DNA of 20,000 bases from Spirogloea muscicola (taxonomy: Eukaryota): NCBI GenBank assembly GCA_009602725.1, contig WELB01000004.1, positions 678,076 to 698,075 on the forward strand. The letters run 5' to 3'. How positions within the stretch are numbered: the stretch's first letter is position 1; the number at the start of each line of letters is the position of its first letter. This document shows positions 1 through 11,749 of this stretch, piece by piece. A program made the position numbers and the translations under genes. A model generated the notes under the pieces. That model was given only the letters and a program-made list of their open reading frames with translations, was not told the origin of the DNA and ran no database searches.

Positions 1-286
1 TCGCTCTCGCTCTCGCTCTCGCTTTCGATCACACCAACACGCCGATACACCAACACCCTTACACCCTGACACCCTGGCACACTGGCACACCACCAACACG
101 CTCTTATCACAACATAGACACACCAACCAACACACTAGACGCAGATCTCAAATTCACCGTCACTTTCCCTCTCTCAAACCTTTTCACATACCTTCAAACA
201 CACTCACACACTCTCTCACACTCTCTCTGTGTCGCATATTCACAATCACACACACACTCACACTTAGACTCACACACTCACACACT

Positions 287-317
<31 letters not shown>

Positions 318-410
318 ACTCACACACTCACACACAGACAGTCACACACACGCACACACACACACAGGCACACGCACACACAAACGCACACGCACACGCA
401 CTCACGACTC
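1..410. repeat. Compound (TCGCTC)n / ACACCCTG-like / (CA)n microsatellite tract
   Basis: Directly visible: TCGCTC repeats at 1-23, short ACACC(C)TG-type units at ~57-90, and a long (CA)n with CACT/CGCA variants at ~250-405. Probably intronic to the gene starting at or before 787. Confidence 0.9.
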
Positions 411-786
411 TCGTAGGACTTCAATGACTTGTGCCCTGTTCCAACCCCTGCCTTTCAGACCCATCACCCCATTTTGATTATCGTCGTAGTTGTATTCCCA
501 TCCACAAATTTGCCCTCCATCATGCCTCTCCTCGATCTACTTCCTCCTTTCTCTACCCTACCTCCATCGTTTCCTGCCGCCTCCCCTCTCCCTCAAGCTC
601 CCTCTCCCCTCTCCCTCTGGCTCTTATCTTACCTCAACCTCTTGCACCACCTTCTCCATCACCCACCCAACCCCCATTGGGGTCTTTCCCCTACTCCTCT
701 CCCCGTTTTCATCCTGCCAGACCTCGAGAGTCTGTTAGACGCGCCCGCACTGCTGGTGCTGACATTCTCACTCGCAAATGTGGCAG

Positions 787-3700
787 TGATTGATGAGTGC
801 TTGGGTTCGCCCTACTCCCCGCCCCTCAACTGCTCAGACAACCCACCATGCAACTTCATCTCCTCAGGAGTTGCTGTCTGCGGTGAGGTCTCAGCACAAA
901 CATAATCGCTGCTGTTTGCATGTGGGCTTTCGCCTTCTGAGCCGTTGCACATGTCTGGAAGGAGGGTTAACAAATGAGCACACTTAGCAGCATAGATATA
1001 ATTTCAGATGCTCAGCCTGTGACGCGAATTCTCTGTGCAGGTCCCCTTCCGATAGCCCCTGCACCAGCGCCCATGGTGGTCATCCCTCCGCCCCTGTGCC
1101 CTCCTATGGATGGCAGCTGCAATCCCGGCTCCGGTTGCTATGGCACCAACTGCTCAATGGAGTGCAGTAAGCTGCAGCCACTCCTTGCCTCAACCAGTGC
1201 TTCAAACGGTCTGGAGAGTACTGTATCAAGTAGCAAGACAATGACCCCAGCCATTTCTTGTGCGCTTTACTGACTGTGCTCTGTGCTATGACTACCTTGG
1301 GTCCACCGCAGTCTGCCTCAATGGTGCCAGCTGCAGCGATGGAGCCGCAGGCAGTGGCGTGTGCAACTGCTCCGCGGCTGGACCCGGTCATTTCACGGGA
1401 ACCTTCTGCCAGAACTGCGTCGACAACTACGACTTCTCAACTGGCTGCACGCAAAGTATGTGCCTTCTCTGCAATAGGATCCTCAATGGAAACGTGCAGT
1501 AAGCCTTACAGTGATTGCAAGAGTGTGCATGGAAAAACCAATTGAAAGTGAACCCATCATATTTGTTGCCGTTATGCATGTGGTCTGGGCAGCTACTGCA
1601 TGCATTCATGGCTGTGACAGCCACAGTCTACGATTTCTGGCTTACAGCTGTTGTTTCGTCTTTCAGTCATTGACAGGTGCCTTGGAAGCCCATTCGAAGC
1701 CCCACTTGACTGTTCATCCAATCCCCCTTGTAATTTCATCAGCTCGGGCGTTGCTGTCTGCGGTGAGCACATTTGGAGCCTCAAGATATTAGCCTTCAGC
1801 CTTGGACTTGTCCACCATGCCCTCCTTACAGAGCCGCAAATGTCATAGCATTTCCGCCTTTCATCGCATGCTCCACACTGCTCCGTGCAGGTCCCCTTCC
1901 GGTCGCCCCTGCACCAGCGCCCATGGTGGTCATCCCTCCGCCCCTGTGCCCTCCTATGGATGGCAGCTGCAATCCCGGCTCCGGTTGCTATGGCACCAAC
2001 TGCACGATGGAGTGCAGTAAGCTGCAGCCACTCCTTGCCTCAACCCAGGGCTTCAACGGTCTGAAGAGTACTGTATCAAATAGCAAGCCAATGATCTTAG
2101 CCATTTCTGTGAGTCTACTGAATGGGCTCTCTCCTATGACTACCTTGGGACCACCGCAGTCTGCCTCAATGGTGCGAGCTGCAGCGACGGCACCAGTGGC
2201 ACTGGCGTGTGCAACTGCTCCGTGGCTGGACCCGGTCATTTCACGGGAACCTTCTGCCAGAACTGCGTCGACAACTACGACTTCTCAACTGGCTGCACGC
2301 AGAGTATGGGCCTCCTCTGCATCAGCATTCTCAATAAGAACGTGCAGTAAGCCCACACAGTAATTGCAAGAGTGTGCAGGGAACAACCAATTGAATGTGA
2401 ACCCATCATATTTGTTGCCGTTATGCATGTGGTCTGGGCAGCTACTGCATGCATGGCTGTGACAGCCACAGTCTACGATTTCTGGCTTACAGCTGTTGTT
2501 TCGTCTTTCAGTCATTGACAGGTGCCTTGGAAGCCCATTCGAAGCCCCACTTGACTGTTCATCCAATCCCCCTTGTAACTTCATCAGCTCGGGCGTTGCT
2601 GTCTGCGGTGAGCACATTTGGCTCCTCAAGATACTAGCCTTGGACTTGTCCACCATGCCCTCCTTCCAAAGCCGCAAATGTCATAGCATTTCCGCCTTTC
2701 ATCGCATGCTCCACACTGCTCCATGCAGGTCCCCTTCCGGTCGCCCCTGCACCAGCGCCCATGGTGGTCATCCCTCCGCCCCTGTGCCCTCCTATGGATG
2801 GCAGCTGCAATCCCGGCTCCGGTTGCTATGGCACCAACTGCACGATGGAGTGCAGTAAGCTGCAGCCACTCCTTGCCTCAACCCAGTGCTTCAACGGTCT
2901 GAAGAGTACTGTATCAAATAGCAAGCCAATGATCTTAGCCATTTCTGTGCGTCTACTGAATGTGCTCTCTCCTATGACTACCTTGGGTCCACCGCAGTCT
3001 GCCTCAATGGTGCGAGCTGCAGCGACGGCACCAGTGGCACTGGCGTGTGCAACTGCTCCGTGGCTGGACCCGGTCATTTCACGGGAACCTTCTGCCAGAA
3101 CTGCGTCGACAACTACGACTTCTCAACTGGCTGCACCCAGAGTATGCAGCCCTCTGCCTCGTCACATGCGAATGATATCCGCCAGATACATGTGGCAGTG
3201 TGACTGGGTTGAAGAGACTGCGGCAATTTGCAAATTTAGGCAGGAGTCAGCCTTCACGCCCAGGGTGTGGCTATGACCAACCAGAGGCACAAGTGGTGCT
3301 TACAGCTTTTCTGTGTTATGGGATTCCAGTCATTGACAGGTGCCTTGGAAGTCCCTTCGAAGCCCCCCTTAACTGCTCCTCCAACCCCCCTTGCAACTTC
3401 ATCAGCTCAGGTGTCGCTGTTTGCGGTAAGTACAACAGATGCCTTTCGACTGAGAGCTTGCAAACGCGTTTGGTCCTGTCAACCACAGTCTTTATACGAG
3501 ATTCAGTCTTTCTTTTACGATTAGACGTTGATTGACTGGCATCCCGGTACCCTGTGCAGGCCCCCTACCGATGGCCCCTGCACCAGCCCCCATGGTGGTC
3601 ATCCCGCCACCCCTCTGCCCTCCTATGGATGGCAGCTGCACTGTTGGCTCCGGCTGCTACGGCCCCAACTGTACGATGGAGTGCAGTAAGCTTCGGTCTC

Positions 3701-4901
3701 CTGGCTCCTCGAGAATGCAGCCCAGAGACTGCGTTGTGCAGGTACTGCAAGGGCATCTGGCCACTTGTATGTATGGGCGTTGACATACTTATGCGCTCCA
3801 GCTGCTTCCTCGTACCTGCAGTTTGCCTCAATGGCGCAAGCTGCGATGATGGCACCAACGGCTCCGGCGTGTGCAACTGCTCCACGGCTGGACCTGGCCA
3901 TTTCACGGGCACCTTCTGTCAGAACTGCGCCGACAACTATGACTTCACAACTGGATGCACGACAGGTTGGCCTTCGACCTACTATTAGCGTACATTCAAA
4001 AGTGCTGGCTCCATGTTGTGCAATAAAGTCCCCCCCCCCCCCCCAAGTTGTCCTGTGTCACTGCCAAGTGCAATACATACACAACACTTCATCCTGAGCA
4101 TATTCATCAGCTTAATGATTTTGCTCACAATACCCCCCCATGGTGTCTTCAGTGATCGACCCTTGCCTGGCCACGCCCTTCAACCCCGCATTGGACTGCA
4201 GCTACACTCCCAACCAGATCTGTGTCTTCCAGTTCCCTGGCAACGCGACTTGCGAGTGTGCCCCGGGCTATAGACGCGAGGGTCTCTGCTGCAACCCCAT
4301 TCCGTCGCCGCCACCACCGCCGCCCAAGAAGTCACCCCCTCCGCCTGCCAAGTCGCCGCCGCCGTCACCGCCAAAGTCGCCGCCGCCGCCGCCCAAGAAG
4401 TCACCTCCTCCGCCTGCCAAGTCGCCGCCGCCGTCGCCGCCGAAGTCGCCGCCGCCACCGCCCTTCAAGTCACCACCCCCACCTGCCAAGTCACCGCCGC
4501 CGTCACCGCCGAAGTCGCCGCCGCCGCCTCCTTTCAAGCCGCCACCACCACCTGCCAAGTCGCCGCCGCCGTCACCGCCGAAGTCGCCGCCACCGCCCTT
4601 CAAGCCGCCACCCCCACCTGCCAAGTCGCCGCCGCCGTCACCGCCGAAGTCGCCACCACCGCCGCCCAAGAAGTCACCTCCTCCGCCTGCCAAGTCGCCG
4701 CCGCCGTCACCGCCGAAGTCGCCGCCACCACCACCTGCCAAATCGCCGCCGCCGTCACCGCCCAAGTCGCCGCCACCACCACCTGCCAAGTCGCCGCCAC
4801 CACCACCTGCCAAGTCGCCGCCGCCGTCACCGCCCAAGTCGCCGCCACCACAACCTGCCAAGTCGCCGCCACCACCACCTGCCAAGTCGCCGCCGCCGCC
4901 A
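787..4901 (+). CDS. Partial multi-exon cysteine-rich EGF/laminin-EGF repeat protein with C-terminal extensin-like domain (5' end upstream; 3' end lost in artefact/gap)
   Basis: GT-AG exons, all introns phase 1: 787-882, 1041-1166, 1312-1455, 1667-1762, 1891-2016, 2160-2303, 2512-2607, 2729-2854, 2998-3141, 3330-3425, 3560-3685, 3822-3965, 4153->4901. Exon sizes recur as 96/126/144 nt (122-aa module, 16 Cys) and splice into one open frame: VIDECLGSP..C..C..VC / GPLPIAPAPAP..CPPMDGSCNPGSGCYGTNCSMEC / ICLNGASC..GSGVCNC..HFTGTFCQNCVDNYDFSTGC, x4. Then VIDPC..C..C..CECAPGY..CC and SPPPP repeats. Confidence 0.9.
1031..3146 (+). repeat. Tandem duplication (~840-850 bp unit, ~2.5 copies) including introns
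   Basis: Intron sequences 1167-1311/2017-2159/2855-2997, 1456-1666/2304-2511 and 1763-1890/2608-2728 are clearly alignable. The introns at 883-1040 and after ~3146 are much more diverged. Confidence 0.9.
4301..4901 (+). repeat. Coding extensin-like repeat (SPPPPPKK / SPPPPAK / SPPPSPPK)
   Basis: Frame of ORF 4140+ gives ~200 aa of Ser-Pro3-6 motifs separated by K/AK/FK. The DNA consists of CCGCCG/AAGTCG repeats. Confidence 0.9.
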
Positions 4902-7837
<2,936 letters not shown>

Positions 7838-8099
7838 TCACTTTGTCTCCCCTCCTCTCCCCTCCTCTCCCCCTTCTTCCTCCACATTGCTTTGGGGTGG
7901 CCTCTCATAGCAGTTGCCTTGACATTGGAGCCGCTTTCTCTTCACAATAAAAGTGCTGTTTATGACGCTCTCTCTCCCGCTCTCTTTCTACTCTTGAATC
8001 TCACATAGAGAGTGAGACTCTTCGAGTGGAGAGCGATGGCTGTGATTGGCGAGCCCAGGAAAAGAAATGAACAAAGTTCTTAAATAGGTCTCCCCTCTC

Positions 8100-8270
8100 T
8101 TCGTCGGGGTGCCTCATTTCCAGCTGCACTCTTACTCCAACTTGCGGCTGCTGACTTGGGGTTACTGAGCTCCATTCGCTGTAGTCTCTTGCATACCTGT
8201 GGGGTTTTGGTGCCTTTCGGCCCTTTGGACCTTGTTTCCTCTCGTTCTTTCTCTACCTCTCCCTCCCCCT
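8100..8270 (+). mobile_element. 3' terminal fragment of CRE-like non-LTR retrotransposon
   Basis: Encodes ...FQLHSYSNLRLLTWGY*, homologous to FQEHSLSDLRLLSRGH* (9573-9620, minus). DNA aligns with ~12908-13020 and ends in a pyrimidine-rich tail. Confidence 0.7.
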
Positions 8271-8282
8271 AATACTCATCTT

Positions 8283-8618
8283 TGTCGTGCTATATCACAT
8301 CGGCGGCTCATTCACGTCGATCTGACTTTAAAGGGCTAAGCTGGCTTGACACGTGGATGTCTGCGGCTGAGTCACACACTTTGAGTGTGAACCGAGTCGG
8401 GTATGGGGGACCTCTTCCAGAAAGACAAGCACAAAAAGAAACAAAGCAGCTACGAATCACCCTGCTAAGCAGTCGCAGACCACGGTCGAGGCAACCGCTT
8501 CAACATACCGTACTACTACGACAGCGAAGCGCCTACAAGGGCCAAAGCCCACGCGCGACGCCGACGGCCAGAAGACCGTCCTAAGCCCAACGAGGCAAGT
8601 CCAGCTGAAGGGCTGGAG
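8283..8618. repeat. Dispersed repeat copy 1 (starts TGTCGTGCTATATC; possible LTR), host of nested insertions; resumes at 9447
   Basis: Aligns with 11437-11726 (TGTCGTGCTATATC.CATCG.CGGCT ... GGTCGAGGCAAC ... CCAGCTGAAGGGC ... AGGTGGGCGCT). Confidence 0.75.
8422..8475 (-). mobile_element. Ultra-truncated (~54 bp) 3' tail of the CRE-like element
   Basis: AAGAAACAAAGCAGCTAC...CCCTGCTAAGCAGTCGCAG matches 9548-9599. It is absent from repeat copy 2 (TTCCAGACC at ~11552) and flanked by CAGA at 8418-8421 and 8476-8479. Confidence 0.7.
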
Positions 8619-8878
8619 TGAAAGTGATCCTGCTCCACCTGTCCTCGCCTATCTTGCTCTGCAGCCTGAACTTGCTGTTCTCGATCTACGTTCTGTACCT
8701 GTCCTTGCTGTCTCACAGCACTTCTTGTCGTGATGTAGGAGGACGGTGCTGGTCCTCCTACATCACGACAAGAAGTGGCTGTGAGACAGCAAGGACAGGT
8801 ACAGAACGTAGATCGAGAACAGCAAGTTCAGGCTGCAGAGCAAGATAGGCGAGGACAGGTGGAGCAGGATCACTTTCA
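8619..8878. repeat. Near-perfect inverted repeat (arms 8619-8744 and 8752-8878, 7-nt loop GGTGCTG)
   Basis: The arms are reverse complements with a single 1-nt indel (CACAGCACTT vs AAGTGGCTGTG). The identical peptide RQQGQVQNVDREQ... appears in ORFs 8516..8716(-) and 8775..9143(+). Confidence 0.97.
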
Positions 8879-8893
8879 GGTTATGGGCCCACC
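8879..8893 (+). promoter_or_regulatory. Copia/Hemivirus-type primer-binding site (half tRNA-iMet)
   Basis: GGTTATGGGCCCACC directly follows ...CACTTTCA. It is complementary to the anticodon arm of plant initiator tRNA-Met (GGTGGGCCCATAACC), the PBS type used by copia/Ty5/Osser. Confidence 0.85.
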
Positions 8894-9015
8894 GGGCTCC
8901 CTTCCTGTCCTTAGTCCCAAGCTTTCGAGAGAGATAAGTTGGCCAGTCTGGAAGGTGAAGATGATCAGGTTACTTCGATACCACGAAGTCTGGGATGCGG
9001 TCGAAGTCAATCCGG
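8883..9015 (+). pseudogene. gag: Truncated Ty1/copia Gag N-terminus
   Basis: MGPPGSLPVLSPKLSREISWPVWKVKMIRLLRYHEVWDAVE fits the copia Gag N-terminal pattern (P.L....(N)Y/W..W..KM..LL....LW..VE) and lies right after the PBS. Similarity is lost after ~9015. Confidence 0.75.
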
Positions 9016-9145
9016 TTCGTGGGTTGTGTCGGCCTTCTTCAAGAGAGAACAAGACAGCATCAGCCATCAAGATGGCGTCCTCGTCTAGGCGCAGATGCAG
9101 ACATGGTCACAAAGAGTTCAGAGTAACACAAAGGCTTGCCTGATT

Positions 9146-9310
9146 ACACACAGAGCCAGCGAGCACCCAGCTCCACCTGGCCGCACACAGAGTCGTCGAG
9201 CACACAGCGCTGTCTCGTCGCACACAGAGCTGTCGCGCACCCAGCGCCCCACCTAGCCGCACACAGAGCCGCTGCGCACACAGCGCCGCCTTGCCGCACA
9301 CAGAGCCGCA
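9146..9310. repeat. ~37-bp minisatellite (GCACACAGAG core), ~4.5 units
   Basis: Units start at ~9146, 9183, 9220, 9259 and 9296. Units 1/3 (GCACCCAGC..CCACCT.GCC) and 2/4 (GCACACAGCGC) alternate. It lies inside the copia-derived insertion. Confidence 0.8.
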
Positions 9311-9550
9311 AGAGTGTTTGGGCCAATAATGTACCCTGCCGGGGCCTCCCCTTATTTAAGGAGTTTCTCATCGGCATAGAAGAATAGGCGTAGTGGGTGA
9401 TTCTACCGACCCACTGATTCACCATATTTCTATATTCAACATGGAGGAGGTGGGCGCTACAGAAGCGGTGGCGAGGCGACCGTAGAATGGAGCGCTGGAG
9501 CCCACCACCCGGGATTGGCCACTTGGGTCCGGAGATTAGGCCCCAAGAAG

Positions 9551-9949
9551 AAACAAAGCAGCTACTAACTACTCAGTGACCCCTGCTAAGCAGTCGCAGG
9601 TCAGAGAGGCTATGTTCCTGGAAGGACGTCCCCTGGCCAGAGCCAGAGGCAGCAGCGAGGGCTCGGCCGGCACGTAGGTGCAGCGCACGGGCCATTGACA
9701 TCTGCAGCGAGACGGCCAGGCGCATGCGATACACCTGGGCGAGCGACCCGGCTGCAGGAAAGTCCACCGGCTCCCCATGGAAGCGGCGAGCGACGGCGTG
9801 ACGGGCAAGGTGGTGGAGCAGTTCGAGCCACCGAGCACCCAACGCCCCGTGTGTGTCGATAGCCAGCGGGAAGAACTCGTCGGCCGGCGGATGGTCAGCG
9901 TACTTCAGTTCTTTTGCCCGAGCGGCGCAGGCGACCGCGTACCCAGCCT
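9551..9949 (-). mobile_element. 5'-truncated CRE-like non-LTR retrotransposon (RLE C-terminus) with 10-bp TSD
   Basis: Open minus frame EAGYAVACAARAKELKYADHPPADEFFPLAIDTHGALGARWLELL...RLAVSLQMSMARALH...DLRLLSRGH*, matching the CRE-type A..K..KY / P.A.E/DT.G.LG / RLSVALQR pattern. T-rich 3' end; CCCCAAGAAG duplicated at 9541-9550 and 9950-9959. Confidence 0.85.
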
Positions 9950-10084
9950 CCCCAAGAAGGACCGGCCAACCAGCTTACCCAACGGCGAACCCAGCTTATC
10001 AGGCAGCGCAAGAAGTTATGTGACGTCCCAGGTTTGTGAGCGCCAAGCAGTGTTGTTAACGCTTACTCGGTGTTTGAATAGGTG

Positions 10085-10110
10085 TGGGCAAGTTCCCGGG
10101 AACTTACCCA
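10085..10110. repeat. 26-bp palindrome TGGGCAAGTTCCCGGGAACTTACCCA
   Basis: Perfect 16-bp core AAGTTCCCGGGAACTT extended by TGGG/CCCA, with one mismatched pair. Confidence 0.8.
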
Positions 10111-10837
10111 GGTCTTTTGGCCGTTAGCTCCGTCGGCACATGCCGCCCTGGCACTCGTGCTGTTATTATTTCGTCCAGAGCTCAGAGCTCGTCCGGGTGG
10201 CCTCGCATGCTCCCGCCGTGCTCGGCCCAGACATGCTCGGCGGCATGCGTGGGCCCGGGGGCCTCCGGCGGCATCTTCGGCTGCGGCCATGCTCGGCCAT
10301 GCCAGGCCTCGGCCATGCTTGGCGGCATGCTCTGGCCACTTCAATTCACTGTGTGCTTCAGCGCCTTCTTTGGCCCCTTCCGAACTTTGTTTCATTCCTT
10401 TTTCTAGGCTGGCCTCTCACAGCCATCGCCCTCTACTGGAAGCGACCTTCTCTCTTTCTTCTGCCGAGCAGTCCGCTTTGCAAGTCTCACCCTCTTACCA
10501 CGAGCCACGCCTGCGCCAACGCTGCGCCATAGAAGCGTAGAGCCTTGGGCAGGACCCGCAGCAGCTACAGAACCTTCGCTCGGACCGCGTGCAAGTGCGA
10601 GAAGTCGTGGTGACTTTGCAGTGAGCAGCCTTGACGCATTGTGTGTCTATCGCATGCATCTTACAATCAAGCGCTAGTCCTGGGGTCTCCTCAGTTACAA
10701 CTGTAGATCGAGGTACAGCGATACTGCAAACCGTGTGGCAGTTGTAGACCTTGCCATATCATTATCTTGGTAAACAAGGTACTGCACAGATTAACTGCGT
10801 GTGCGCTTTTGCAGGCTTGCATATTTTCGTTGTGACA

Positions 10838-10910
10838 TCGGTTACAAAAGCCGTGATAATTTCCAAGTCGATCACAAAAGCCGTGATACTTTCCAATCGA
10901 GTTACTAAGC
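10838..10910. repeat. 30-bp tandem repeat, ~2.4 copies
   Basis: TCGGTTACAAAAGCCGTGATAATTTCCAAG / TCGATCACAAAAGCCGTGATACTTTCCAA / TCGAGTTACTAAGC. Confidence 0.8.
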
Positions 10911-11436
10911 TGAGTCAGACGATCGCCTATGAGGCTGTCGCCAAGCCCAGAGCTAATTTAGCTGCAGCTGCTGTGGCTCGAGCAGGCCAGAACGATGATT
11001 GAACTTCTCACGAGTATGGGTACTCTCACCTTGCTTTCATTGCTGTCACAGCGCCTGAATCCACTGTTTGAGCAGAAGTCCTTCCAAGAGGGGTGAAAGT
11101 GACTCACAACAAAGACTACGTGCAGGCAATGCTCGCTATCCAGCAATTTTCAAATTTAAAGAAAGCACACTGGCAATGTACCCCAACATCTGTGAATGCC
11201 AACCAGCGCTCTTACCGCTTACATGATTGGAACAGTTGCGGGCAAGATCCACCGAGCTTATCCGGAATATGAAGCCGTCAGTCTCAAGATGCACGGTACG
11301 TGCCTGAGCCGTTCCGGCACTCGCCCCGTTATCGTCCTTAACCGACCTGGCCTTGCCAGGTGACCCTCGGTGGGTCCAGCACGGGGGCCCAAATGGCTCT
11401 TGGTAGGTCCACCCTATTGGATAAGGTCCAAAGGAG

Positions 11437-11726
11437 TGTCGTGCTATATCCCATCGACGGCTTAAGGCAGACAGCTGACCTGGCCTAACACGTGAACTTC
11501 TGCAGCTGAGTCAAAGAAGTTGGGTGTGGAGAGTTGGGAATCGGGGACCCATTCCAGACCAAGGTCGAGGCAACGCTCAACCAGGCATACTACAACGTTA
11601 CCGAAGCGACTACAACGGCCAAAACCCACGTGCGACACCGACCGCCAGAAGATTGTTCGAAGCGCAAGAGGGAAGCCCAGCTGAAGGGCACCTCAATGAC
11701 CCACAAGTATTGTGAAGGTGGGCGCT
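11437..11726. repeat. Dispersed repeat copy 2 (possible LTR start), truncated by CRE-like element
   Basis: Diverged direct copy of 8283-8613 plus 9448-9458. Starts at the same TGTCGTG and is preceded by a short purine run (AAAGGAG). Confidence 0.75.
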
Positions 11727-11749
11727 TGGGTGTAAGACGCTCTCGATAG

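Larger units (their letters stand above)
8619..9441. mobile_element. Rearranged Ty1/copia LTR-retrotransposon-derived insertion (TG...CA, 5-bp TSD TGGAG)
   Basis: Begins TG (8619) and ends CA (9440-9441), with TGGAG at 8614-8618 and 9442-9446. The host repeat resumes after it (AGGTGGGCGCT at 9448-9458 = 11716-11726). Contains an LTR end, a PBS and a gag N-terminus. Confidence 0.75.

Noticed and set aside
4268..4885. Gly-rich minus-strand ORF and Arg-rich alternative-frame ORF
   Set aside because: These are shadow frames of the Pro-rich extensin exon.
9146..9310. CRISPR-like regularly spaced GCACACAGAG motif
   Set aside because: The 'spacers' are similar to each other, the genome is eukaryotic and there are no cas genes. 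It is a minisatellite.
9442..9458. TGG after ...CAACA as a possible PBS
   Set aside because: No convincing tRNA 3'-end complement. TGGAG is better explained as the TSD, and the following bases match the host repeat.
10085..10125. Helitron 3' hairpin
   Set aside because: No CTRR terminus at the expected distance on either strand.
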